Of a DNA stretch of 64,000 nt, positions 27,106 to 35,746 are shown piece by piece. The notes below the pieces were generated by a model, which saw only the letters and a program-made list of their open reading frames with translations, made no database searches and had not been told where the DNA came from. The first letter of the stretch is position 1, and each line of letters opens with the position of its first letter. The DNA is from an uncultured Brevundimonas sp. (lineage in GTDB: Bacteria > Pseudomonadota > Alphaproteobacteria > Caulobacterales > Caulobacteraceae): the NCBI RefSeq assembly GCF_937863155.1, contig NZ_CALMFB010000054.1, forward strand, positions 29,975 through 93,974, read 5' to 3'. Both the position numbers and the translations under genes were made by a program.

Positions 27106-27735
27106 TCAGCCGCTCGGAATTATTTCGACGACCGACCGCGCCAGGCGGTCCACCTCGTTGCGATCATGGCTGACGTAGAGAATGGGCAAGCCCAACTGGT
27201 CGCGCAGCCTTTCGATCAGCGCCAGCACGCCTTCGCGGCGGGCCGGATCGACCCCCGACAGAGGCTCGTCCATCAGCAGGGCGCGAGGGTGGCGCAACAG
27301 GGCGCGCCCGATGGCCACGCGACGCGCCTCGCCGCCCGACAGGCCCTGGGGCCGCCGCGCCAGAAGAGGGCCGACACCCAGGATGTCGACGATCTCGTCG
27401 AACGCCACGGGGCCGGCGACGTCGCCGAGCCGGCGGCCGTACAGCAGGTTGTCGCGCACGGTCAGGTGCGGGAACAGGCGGCCGTCCTGAAACACATAGC
27501 CCAGGCGGCGGTGTTCGGGCGCCAGGTCGATCCCGGCGTCGGCGTCGAACAGAACCTGGCCGGCCACGACGATGCGTCCCCGGTCGGGTTTCAGCAGGCC
27601 GGCGATCATGTTCAGCACACTGGACTTGCCCACGCCGGACGGTCCGTAAAGCGCGGTCAGACCGGCCGAGGCCGAGAAGCGGACCTCAACACGGACGTCG
27701 CCCAGCCGGCGCTGCACATCGACGTCAAACGACAT
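27106..27735 (-). CDS. modC: Molybdate ABC transporter ATPase
   Basis: GPSGVGKS, GYVFQDGRLFPHL, LSGGE, LLMDEP. Confidence 0.9.
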   Translation of the reverse strand: MSFDVDVQRRLGDVRVEVRFSASAGLTALYGPSGVGKSSVLNMIAGLLKPDRGRIVVAGQVLFDADAGIDLAPEHRRLGYVFQDGRLFPHLTVRDNLLYGRRLGDVAGPVAFDEIVDILGVGPLLARRPQGLSGGEARRVAIGRALLRHPRALLMDEPLSGVDPARREGVLALIERLRDQLGLPILYVSHDRNEVDRLARSVVEIIPSG

Positions 27736-28420
27736 CGCGCGCCTCCTGACGGTGAGAACGCCGCGTCAGATATTCGGACACGGCCAGGGCCACCAGCGAC
27801 AATCCGACCGAGAACAGCGCCAGCCGCATGGCCGCGCCGTCGCCGCCCGGCGTCTGCAAGGCCGTGTAGATGGCCAGGGACAGGGTCCGCGTCTCGCCGG
27901 GGATGTTCGACACGAAGGCGATGGTGGCCCCGAACTCGCCGATGGATCGGGCGAAGCCCAGCACCACGCCCGCCAACACGCCCGGCAGGGCCAGCGGCAG
28001 GCTGATGGTCCAGAAGGTTCGCGTCCGCGAGGCGCCCAGGGTGCGCGCCGCATTCTCCAACCGCCGATCCACCGCCTCGATCGACAGGCGCATGGCCCGC
28101 ACCATCAGCGGCAGGGCCATGACCCCGGCGGCCACAGCGGCGCCGGTCCAACGGAACATCAGGCTGACGCCGAACAGGTCAGCCAGCAGCCGGCCGATCG
28201 GTCCCGCGGGGCCGAAGGCGCTCAACAGCAGCCAGCCGATCACCACCGGCGGCGCCACCAGCGGCAGATGGATCACGCCGTCCAGCAGGAACCGCCCCGG
28301 AAACCGCCAGCGCGCCAGCGCCCAGGCCAGGGCGAAGGCGATGGGCAGGCCCAGGCCCGTCGCCACCAGGCTGACCTTCAGCGACAGACCGATCACGGCC
28401 CATTCGGCGGGCGTCAGCAT
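27725..28420 (-). CDS. modB: Molybdate ABC transporter permease
   Basis: IHLPLVAPPVVIG, FARSIGEFGATI; start overlaps the modA stop. Confidence 0.92.
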   Translation of the reverse strand: MLTPAEWAVIGLSLKVSLVATGLGLPIAFALAWALARWRFPGRFLLDGVIHLPLVAPPVVIGWLLLSAFGPAGPIGRLLADLFGVSLMFRWTGAAVAAGVMALPLMVRAMRLSIEAVDRRLENAARTLGASRTRTFWTISLPLALPGVLAGVVLGFARSIGEFGATIAFVSNIPGETRTLSLAIYTALQTPGGDGAAMRLALFSVGLSLVALAVSEYLTRRSHRQEARDVV

Positions 28421-29214
28421 CAGGGCGCCGCCGCGGGACTGAAGCCGTGGCGCGCCAGAACGTCCTGGGCCGGCACGGATAAAAGGAACTGGCGCAGCGG
28501 CTCGGCCTGGTCCTGTTTCGACGCCGCGACCACGGCGATCGGATAGACGATGGGCGGATGGCTGTTCTCGGGAAAGACGCCGACCACGCGCACGCCCGAC
28601 GACGCCCGCGCATCGGTCGCATAGACGACGCCCAGGGGCGCGGCCCCACGCTCGACCAACGCCAGGGCCGCCCGCACGTTCTCGGCCGGAGCGACGCGGT
28701 TCGCGACCGCCGTCCAGGCGCCCAGCGCCGTCAGGGCCGCCTTGCCGTAGCGTCCGGCGGGCACCGCCTCCGGGTCGGCCATGGCCAGCCGACCGTCGTC
28801 CAGCAGGGCCGCCACATCCATGCCGGGCCTGATGTCCAGTTGCGCCGTCGAAGCCGCCGGGGCGATCAGGACCAGCCGATTGCCCACCAGGGCCGCGCGG
28901 CTGTCCGGGCGGATCAGCTGCTTCCGCGCCAGCGCATCCATCCAGGCCTCGTCGGCCGAGATGAACAGATCGGTCGGAGCGCCCGCCTCGACCTGGCGCG
29001 CCAGGGCCGAAGACCCGGCATAGGAGACGACCGGCGCGGGATGCCCCTGGGCCGCCCACAGGGCCAGCGCCTCGTCCAGCGGGCCTTGCAGGCTGGCGGC
29101 GGCCAGGATGACCGGCGGCGTCTCGGGCGCCGGACGCGAACAACCGGCCAGCGCCGCCAGACCCAGCGCCAGGCCCGCGAGACCGGCGATCAGGCGGCGA
29201 CGATCAGTGGGCAT
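28420..29214 (-). CDS. modA: Molybdate-binding periplasmic lipoprotein
   Basis: AAASL, AGSSALARQ..GAP.DLFISAD, VPAGRYG, ENVRAAL, VYATDA. Confidence 0.93.
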   Translation of the reverse strand: MPTDRRRLIAGLAGLALGLAALAGCSRPAPETPPVILAAASLQGPLDEALALWAAQGHPAPVVSYAGSSALARQVEAGAPTDLFISADEAWMDALARKQLIRPDSRAALVGNRLVLIAPAASTAQLDIRPGMDVAALLDDGRLAMADPEAVPAGRYGKAALTALGAWTAVANRVAPAENVRAALALVERGAAPLGVVYATDARASSGVRVVGVFPENSHPPIVYPIAVVAASKQDQAEPLRQFLLSVPAQDVLARHGFSPAAAP

Positions 29215-29731
29215 GGCCGCCCTTGCGCTGAACCGTCGCGTCGGCCAGGTCGATCAGCTCGATCCGCACCACCTGACGGGTGGAGCGCGCCGGGCGGATA
29301 TCGTCTTCGATGATGACGCGGAACGGCCCGGTCCCGTCGTTCAGCGGCGCGCCGTCGGCGGCGTCGGCCAGGATGATGCGATTGGGCCGGATGCCGGGAT
29401 CGGCCTCGCCCAGGCCGATGACCACCTGATAGCCGTCCTCGGCGACGATCCGCACCACCTTGGCCAGCTCCAGCCCGTGCATGGCGTCGGTGGCGGGCGC
29501 GCCAACGCGGTTCAGCACCTCGAACAGCAACGGGCCTTCGTAGGTGTGGGTTTCCCCATGGATCTCCATGGTGATCTGTTCGCGCGCCAAGGTCGAAAGA
29601 TCGGCGGCGGTGACGACCTGTTCGCGGCCATCCACACCCTTCAGGGTCACGGACTGGGCGAAGGCGGGCGCGGCGATCAGCAGCGCGGCGGCGGTCAGGC
29701 AGGTGGAGGCGAGGCGGGCCAGGGGGCGCAT
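29204..29731 (-). CDS. Exported protein with molybdopterin-oxidoreductase-like fold (uncharacterised)
   Basis: Signal peptide; HTYEGPLLFEVL, IVAEDGYQV, GPFRVII, RSTRQVVRIE resemble the MsrP/sulfite-oxidase Moco-binding domain; no Cys in the mature part. Confidence 0.55.
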   Translation of the reverse strand: MRPLARLASTCLTAAALLIAAPAFAQSVTLKGVDGREQVVTAADLSTLAREQITMEIHGETHTYEGPLLFEVLNRVGAPATDAMHGLELAKVVRIVAEDGYQVVIGLGEADPGIRPNRIILADAADGAPLNDGTGPFRVIIEDDIRPARSTRQVVRIELIDLADATVQRKGGHAH

Positions 29732-29742
29732 GGGGCGTGTTC

Positions 29743-30537
29743 CTATTCGACGGCCAGGATGACGTGGGGCGCCTTGACCAGGGCGGTGACGGCGTCGCCG
29801 ACGGCCAGCTCCAGGGTGTTGGCGCTTTCGATGGTGATGGTGGCGGTCAGGGTCTTGCCGCCGCCGATGTCGACGGCGATCTCGCTGTTGACGGCGCCGT
29901 CCTCGCGCCCGGCGACGGTTCCGGCGATCTGGTTGCGGGCCGAGGTGCGCAGGTTTTCGCCCTTGGCCAGGACGACGAAGCTGGACTTGATCAGGGCGAT
30001 GGCCGGGCGGCCGACGTCCAGTTGCAAATCCTCGATGCTGCGCCGGGTCAGGATGGCGACGATCTCGACCCCGTCGGCGAGGCTCAGAACCACCTCGCTG
30101 TTGACGGCGCCGGGGACGACGCGGGTGACGACGCCGCGCAGGGCGTTGCGTGCGCTGGTTCTCATGCCCAGGCTCCAGAAAAGGTCGCGGGAGAATTCCC
30201 CCGCGAGCGTGGCGTCCATCTTGGACAGGGCGGCGTCCAGTTCGGACTGGATACGGCGAAAGGCGACGATGGCGGCGCGGCCGCGCGGGGTGACCTGGGC
30301 CGCCCCCCCGCCCTTGCCGCCGGGCGCCGCCTCGACCAGGGGGGTGTCGAACAGATTGTTCAACGCCTGGATGACGTCCCAGGCCCCCTTGTAGCTGAGG
30401 CCCTGGGTCTTGGCCGCCGCGCTGATGGAGCCCAGCTCGCCGACCGCCTCGATCAGGGCGATGCGGTCCAGCCGCAGCCGCCCGCCGTCGCCCCGCGTGA
30501 CCGTCAGAAGGGCGCCCAGGTCCGCCTCGTCGCTCAT
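29743..30537 (-). CDS. modE: Molybdate-responsive regulator ModE (HTH + 2 TOBE)
   Basis: LIEAVGELGSISAAAK..GLSYKGAWD; TSARNALRG and TSARNQIAG mop repeats. Confidence 0.93.
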   Translation of the reverse strand: MSDEADLGALLTVTRGDGGRLRLDRIALIEAVGELGSISAAAKTQGLSYKGAWDVIQALNNLFDTPLVEAAPGGKGGGAAQVTPRGRAAIVAFRRIQSELDAALSKMDATLAGEFSRDLFWSLGMRTSARNALRGVVTRVVPGAVNSEVVLSLADGVEIVAILTRRSIEDLQLDVGRPAIALIKSSFVVLAKGENLRTSARNQIAGTVAGREDGAVNSEIAVDIGGGKTLTATITIESANTLELAVGDAVTALVKAPHVILAVE

Positions 30538-30553
30538 CCGCCTGTCCCCATGC

Positions 30554-32617
30554 CTAGAACCGCATCCGCAGGTCGAGCCGGAAGTTTCGGCCTTCCTCCG
30601 GGAAGCCATCGGTCAGGACATAGGTCTCGTCCAGCAGATTCCGAACGCCGCCGATCAGGTCGATGCGCGGCGTCAGGGCGAACTGTCCCGACAGATGCGC
30701 CAGGATGACCGAGTCCGCCTTGTAATAGCCGACGGGCGCGACCGACCGGTAAGTCCAGCGGTCCGAGGTCGCCTCGAGACTGGGGGTGACGGTCAGGCGC
30801 GGCGTGACGTCCCAGTCGGCCCAGGCGAACAGTTTGTGCTCAGGCGCGCCGGTCGCGCGATAGGCCGGATCGCCAGGCACGTCGAAATCACGCCTCAGCC
30901 AGGTATAGTTGGCGCCCAGCCGCAGGGTCGGCGACGCCTGGCCCGTGATCGCGGCCTCGAAACCATAGTTGGCGCCCGAACCGGCGTTGCGCGTCTGGTT
31001 GGTCACGCCGAAGGGCGGGCCCAGATCCACCGGAATCTGGATCAAGGCGTCCTGAATGTCGGCATAGAAGATCGCGCCTTCGACCTGGAGACCCGAGGCG
31101 ATCCGGCGTCGGCCGCCGATCTCGAAATTCAGCGCCCGTTCGGCGGTGATGTCGGGGTTGGGAATGGCCGTTCCGAAGCGCGAGCTGAAACGCTCGAACA
31201 GGGTCGGGAACCGCGTGCGGGACGAGACGCTGGCATAGACTTGGCTATCGACGTCCGGCCGCCAGACCAGCATGGCCTGAGCGTTCAGGGCGCTGTCGTC
31301 GGTCAGGGGGTGATAGACGAATTTGTTGTCGTTGAAGTCCTCGGCCCGCTGCAGGTCGCGGTAGTCCCAGGACACGCCCACGATCAGATCGACCGCCTCG
31401 CCGAACGCATGGGTGTTCTCGACGGCGATGGACCATGTGTCTTCGGTCGTGGTGTGTGGCGGCTCGATGAACGGCGTCGGGGCGAAGCTCTGCTGCCACT
31501 CCACATGCTCGTCGCGGCGATAGAAGACGGCGGCGCGCAGGGTGTCGTTCGGGCTGATCCGCAGGCCCAGTTCGATGTTCCCGCCATAGGCCTCGTCCTC
31601 ATAGTAGGAGTTGAAGGCCCGGCGCTGGGTCTGGCTGGTCTGGGCGGCGTTGTCGAACGAGGACAGCAGGTTCTCGAAGGTGTTGCGATACAGCCGCGTC
31701 TTCAGCCAGGCGTCCTGGCCCAGTTGCGTCCGCGACAGGAAGGCCAGGCTGTCGATGTTCCAGTAGGGCCAGCTCCAGTAGCGGGTGCTGGCCGTGTCGG
31801 TGACGTGATAGGGCGCGTTCTTGGACCCTTCCTGGCGGGTATAGGTCAGAGAGTATTCGTCGGTCGCGTTTGGGGTGAAGCCGGCCTTCAGATTGATGCG
31901 CCAGTCCTCGGTCGCCGACAGCTCGCGTTCGTCGCCGTCTTCCAGCGTCGTCGGTTTGAAGTCGTCGGGCAGGGACCAGTGGTCGCGGTCGCTCAGCGCC
32001 CCGCTGATCTGGGCGTAGAAACGGTCCGTGGCGCCGCCGATGCGGCCCGAGACCGTGTGGCTGTTGATCCCGCCATCGGCGTCGAAACCGGCGCCGACCC
32101 GCAGTTCGCCCTCGAACGGCCGACTGGGCCGCCGGGTCACCAGATTGATGGCCCCGCCCATGCCGCCGGGACCATCCAGCACCGAGACATAGCCCTTGGA
32201 CACCTGCACCTGCGACAGGTCGGCGGTCAGGAAGCGAGCGAAGTCGATGCGATTGTCCGCCGGCAGGAACACCCGCACCCCGTCGATCGACAGGGTGGTC
32301 TGGAACCGGTCGAAGCCGCGGATGAACACCAGACGCTCGTTGCGCGAGCCGCCCGACGACCCAGCCGCCGCGCCGGGGATCAGGTCCAGCGCCTGATCGA
32401 CGCTGGCCTTGTCGAAGCGGCGCATGTCGTCGCTACGGATCACGGCGCCGCCGACGATCTGACCGTCGCGGTCGCGCGCCGTCACCACCAGTTCGCCCAG
32501 ATCATAGGCGTCGTCGGGACGGTCGGCCGGCGCCGATTGCGCCAGGGCAACGCCTGCCGACGCCAGGGCTGCGAAACCGGCGGCGCCGGCCAGAAGGAGA
32601 GCACGGAAGGTCATCAT
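30554..32617 (-). CDS. TonB-dependent outer-membrane receptor
   Basis: Signal peptide, TonB-box-like ELVVTAR, plug IRGF...IDGV...GGAINLVTR, C-terminal VRNLLDETY...EGRNFRLDLRMRF. Confidence 0.92.
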   Translation of the reverse strand: MMTFRALLLAGAAGFAALASAGVALAQSAPADRPDDAYDLGELVVTARDRDGQIVGGAVIRSDDMRRFDKASVDQALDLIPGAAAGSSGGSRNERLVFIRGFDRFQTTLSIDGVRVFLPADNRIDFARFLTADLSQVQVSKGYVSVLDGPGGMGGAINLVTRRPSRPFEGELRVGAGFDADGGINSHTVSGRIGGATDRFYAQISGALSDRDHWSLPDDFKPTTLEDGDERELSATEDWRINLKAGFTPNATDEYSLTYTRQEGSKNAPYHVTDTASTRYWSWPYWNIDSLAFLSRTQLGQDAWLKTRLYRNTFENLLSSFDNAAQTSQTQRRAFNSYYEDEAYGGNIELGLRISPNDTLRAAVFYRRDEHVEWQQSFAPTPFIEPPHTTTEDTWSIAVENTHAFGEAVDLIVGVSWDYRDLQRAEDFNDNKFVYHPLTDDSALNAQAMLVWRPDVDSQVYASVSSRTRFPTLFERFSSRFGTAIPNPDITAERALNFEIGGRRRIASGLQVEGAIFYADIQDALIQIPVDLGPPFGVTNQTRNAGSGANYGFEAAITGQASPTLRLGANYTWLRRDFDVPGDPAYRATGAPEHKLFAWADWDVTPRLTVTPSLEATSDRWTYRSVAPVGYYKADSVILAHLSGQFALTPRIDLIGGVRNLLDETYVLTDGFPEEGRNFRLDLRMRF

Positions 32618-32621
32618 CCAC

Positions 32622-32650
32622 CTCGTTATGTAGTAGAACTACATAACGAG
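32622..32650. promoter_or_regulatory. ModE box
   Basis: Perfect inverted repeat CTCGTTATGTAG-TAGAA-CTACATAACGAG, similar to the CGnTATATA-Nx-TATATAnCG consensus, 5 bp from the receptor start codon. Confidence 0.85.
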
Positions 32651-32673
32651 AACCCGGTCCATGTGGCGAGGCG

Positions 32674-33270
32674 TCATCCTGTCGCAGTCGGGGCCATCAG
32701 GCGTTCCGCCAGATCCAGATCCGCGGACGAATTGATGTTGGCGAACGGGTCGCGATGCGTAACCGGCCAGTCGACCACCACCGGACCGGCGCGTTCGACC
32801 AGGGCCGTCAGGGACAGGCGCCCCTGCCCCACCACCTCGTCCAGCAATGGCCGCACCGAGGTGCGCCACACGGCGCAGACGGGATGCAGCCGTCCCGCGC
32901 TGGCGGCGACCGCGACGCCGTCGTCCGGTCCCAGATTGGCCGCCAGCCGCCCGGCCAGGTCGTCGGGCAGGAAGGGCATGTCGCACGGCACGACCAGCAC
33001 GCGGTCGCCGCCCTGCTGGACCGCCCAGTCCAGAGCCGCGGCCAGCCCGGCCAGCGGCCCTTCTATTTCAGGGGTGTCGATCAGCAGCCGCAAGCCGTCG
33101 ATCCCGGCCTGTTCGGGCGACCGAACGCCCACGGCGATACAGGCCGACCAACCCCGTGCCCTGATCAGCGCATGGTCCAGAAGGGTCCGCCCGCCCAGGC
33201 GGCGCCGGGGCTTGTCGCCGCCGATGCGCCGCCCCTGCCCGCCGGCCAGAATGACCACCGGCAAAGTCAT
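32674..33270 (-). CDS. mobA: Molybdenum cofactor guanylyltransferase
   Basis: VILAGGQGRRIGGDK, GPLAGL, VPCDMPFLP, NIN. Confidence 0.9.
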   Translation of the reverse strand: MTLPVVILAGGQGRRIGGDKPRRRLGGRTLLDHALIRARGWSACIAVGVRSPEQAGIDGLRLLIDTPEIEGPLAGLAAALDWAVQQGGDRVLVVPCDMPFLPDDLAGRLAANLGPDDGVAVAASAGRLHPVCAVWRTSVRPLLDEVVGQGRLSLTALVERAGPVVVDWPVTHRDPFANINSSADLDLAERLMAPTATG

Positions 33271-33887
33271 GGAGTCTTTCGGGCGCGGCGGCCCGGCGGG
33301 CCGGACACGCTGACTTCCAGATCGCGCACCAGGCCGTCCTGGATCGAATAGATCCAGCCGTGGACGGTCAGCGACTGCCCCCGGCTCCAGGCGTCGCGGA
33401 TGAAGGGATTGGCGGCCAGAAGCTCGACCTGGCGCACCACATTGCATTCGCACAGGCGGTTCACCCGCGCATCGGCGTCGATGATGCGGTTCAGTTCGCC
33501 GCGCCTTTCGTCGGCCAGGCGCCGCACCGGCTGCAGCCAGTGGTCGATCAGCCCGTGCCGGTCCTCCGACAGGGCGGTGCGGACCCCGCCGCAACCATAG
33601 TGGCCGCAGACGATCACATGGCGGACGCGCAGAACCTCGGCCGCATACTGCAGCACCGACAGGAAGTTGATGTCCTGGGACGGGGTCAGATTGGCGACGT
33701 TGCGGTGCACGAACAGTTCGCCCGGATCCAGGCCGACGATCTCATTGGCCGGGACGCGGCTGTCGGAACAGCCGACCCACAGGTATTCGGGGTCCTGCTG
33801 GACCGCCAGGCGGCGAAAGAACTCCGGGTCGATGCGCGCCTTGGCCGCCGCCCAGTGCAGGTTCGCGTCCAGCAGCGGGCCGATCAT
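33267..33887 (-). CDS. beta-class carbonic anhydrase
   Basis: WVGCSDSRV, ELFVHRNVAN, VCGHYGCGG. Confidence 0.93.
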   Translation of the reverse strand: MIGPLLDANLHWAAAKARIDPEFFRRLAVQQDPEYLWVGCSDSRVPANEIVGLDPGELFVHRNVANLTPSQDINFLSVLQYAAEVLRVRHVIVCGHYGCGGVRTALSEDRHGLIDHWLQPVRRLADERRGELNRIIDADARVNRLCECNVVRQVELLAANPFIRDAWSRGQSLTVHGWIYSIQDGLVRDLEVSVSGPPGRRARKTP

Positions 33888-34465
33888 GACGCGGCCGGCA
33901 CCGCGGGCGACGGCCCATTGGCGGCCAGAGGCGGCAGGACGACCCCGCGCCGCGCCGCCAGTCTGAGCGCCAGATTGCGCAGGTCTTCGGGCCGCAGCCT
34001 CAGCCGCGCGATCGGCAGGATGACGGCGTTCTCAAGCGCGATATGGCGCCGTTCGCCGCTGGCGAAGGCGGTCATCAGGCGCCGGTTGTCCGGCTGCCCG
34101 CCGGGCGGCACGCCCGTCTGCTGGGCGGTCTCCAGCAGGGCGCGCAATTGGGCGGCGTTGACCATATCGGCCTTGTGGTCGGCCGACAGCACGCCCAGGA
34201 TCTTGTCCAGCTCGTCCTCGGGCAGGGCGCGACGGCGCAGCAGGGGGAACAGGTCCTCCTCTTCGTCGATGACATGCAGCGGCAGCTCGAACCGCAGAAA
34301 GTCCAGGATCTCGGCGATCTCGTCGCGCAACGGCACGGTGGCGGTCGCGACCCGTTCGATCAGGGCGCACAGCTGGCGGTGGCGATAGTGTTCGGCGAAC
34401 AGCCACTCCAGCGGCTCGTGCATCAGCGTCACGGGCATGGGTTCGATATGCCGTTCGCGGGTCAT
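33884..34465 (-). CDS. Hemerythrin-like (HHE) protein
   Basis: EHYRHRQLC, LHVIDEEEDLFPLL, DH, HIALEN. Confidence 0.82.
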   Translation of the reverse strand: MTRERHIEPMPVTLMHEPLEWLFAEHYRHRQLCALIERVATATVPLRDEIAEILDFLRFELPLHVIDEEEDLFPLLRRRALPEDELDKILGVLSADHKADMVNAAQLRALLETAQQTGVPPGGQPDNRRLMTAFASGERRHIALENAVILPIARLRLRPEDLRNLALRLAARRGVVLPPLAANGPSPAVPAAS

Positions 34466-34508
34466 ACGCCGGGTCCTTTCAGCCGCTGCGAATGAGCCGG
34501 GCGTCTCA

Positions 34509-35744
34509 TCAGAAGCTGTGCTCCAGCGAGACCCAGACCTTGGTGCGGTCGGCGAAGGCCGGTCGGGCGCCGTCGAAACGGGCGACCTTGGCCTCGACCG
34601 CCCAGCGCGCATCGACAACCAGCCGGGCCGAGGCGTCGAACTCGCGGCCATAGCGGATGTCGCCGTCGGCGTCATGGAACTCGCGCGCCGACAGGCTCAG
34701 AACCGCCGACCGGCCCACGGGCGGTTGACGCACCGTCCAGGCCGCGGTGGCCGAGCGATCACGCAGACCCGCCGCCGGCGTGGTCAGGAAGACATCGGCC
34801 CAGCCCTGGAAGACATGCAGGGTGGCCAGAGGCGTCTGGAACGCCTGCCCCTTGTCCGTACCCAGACGTTCATGGGCCAGGGTGGCGGTGAAGGGGCCAT
34901 GCGACACGCCGCCGGAGATCAGGGTGTAGTCCACATCGAACCGCACCGGATTGCGGCCATGGTCCGACTGGCGCGCCTGTTCCAGGGTCCAGTGCGCCGT
35001 GAGGGCGGGTGAAACGGGCCGCGATCCGGCCAGGCGCACGCCAACCGTCGCCGACGACTGGGCCGGCGCATTGTCGAAATCCAGCCAGTAGCCATAGCCC
35101 GTCAGCTTGCCGATCGGCGTGGGGACCGACAGGTTCAGCAGATGGCTGTCCGATCGCCATTCGCCCACCGGACTGTCGTCGCCGAACACGCGATGCACGC
35201 GGTCGATATAGGCATAGGTCGCCTCTACCGGCTTGAAGGCGCGGGTGCGCACGGTGACGGCGTCAAAAGTCTGTTCGTTCTGGCGGAAGCCGACGTTGCC
35301 GACGAACCGGGCGTTGTCCAGCACCAGACGCTGGCGGCCCAGGATCACTTCGGTGTCCGGCAGGCCGGTCCAGGATAGCTGCAGCCGGTTCAGTTCGACC
35401 GTCTCGGGATCGGCCACCACCGGATAGCGGGCCGGGCCGTGGATGGTGTCGTTATAGTCGTCGACCAGGGCGCCGATCGCCTCGCCCTCGATCAGGAACT
35501 GCAGGTTCGCGCGCCGTTCGCTGCGCCAGCCCAGCCGCGCCCGGACGGTCAGGGCGGAGGCGCGGTCCAGGCCGTCCTGATCGACGCTCTCGTACCGCAC
35601 GCGGCTGTCGAAGATGACCTTGGCGCTGTCGGCGGCGGTCTGGGCGGTCTGGGCGGTCTGGGTGGTCTGGGCGGCGGCGCCTGTCGCGACGGCCGTGGTC
35701 ACAAGGAAGGTCGCCAGGGCGGCGGGCGAAGTGATGCGACGCAT
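34509..35744 (-). CDS. Alginate-export-family (AlgE-like) outer-membrane beta-barrel
   Basis: Signal peptide; RVRYESV, LGRQRLVLDNARFVGNVGFRQNEQTFDA, TPLATLH.FQGWAD.F; terminal Phe. Confidence 0.8.
   Translation of the reverse strand: MRRITSPAALATFLVTTAVATGAAAQTTQTAQTAQTAADSAKVIFDSRVRYESVDQDGLDRASALTVRARLGWRSERRANLQFLIEGEAIGALVDDYNDTIHGPARYPVVADPETVELNRLQLSWTGLPDTEVILGRQRLVLDNARFVGNVGFRQNEQTFDAVTVRTRAFKPVEATYAYIDRVHRVFGDDSPVGEWRSDSHLLNLSVPTPIGKLTGYGYWLDFDNAPAQSSATVGVRLAGSRPVSPALTAHWTLEQARQSDHGRNPVRFDVDYTLISGGVSHGPFTATLAHERLGTDKGQAFQTPLATLHVFQGWADVFLTTPAAGLRDRSATAAWTVRQPPVGRSAVLSLSAREFHDADGDIRYGREFDASARLVVDARWAVEAKVARFDGARPAFADRTKVWVSLEHSF
35635..35670. repeat. 4 x 9-bp tandem repeat (Q-T-A) after the signal peptide
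   Basis: gcggtctgg x3 plus gtggtctgg. Confidence 0.8.
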
Positions 35745-35746
35745 CG

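Noticed and set aside
30410-33313. Very long antisense ORFs (967 aa here; also 14196-16712, 40002-42257, 25807-28005, 57587-59749)
   Set aside because: Typical stop-poor shadow frames of high-GC coding DNA opposite well-supported genes; no recognisable motifs.
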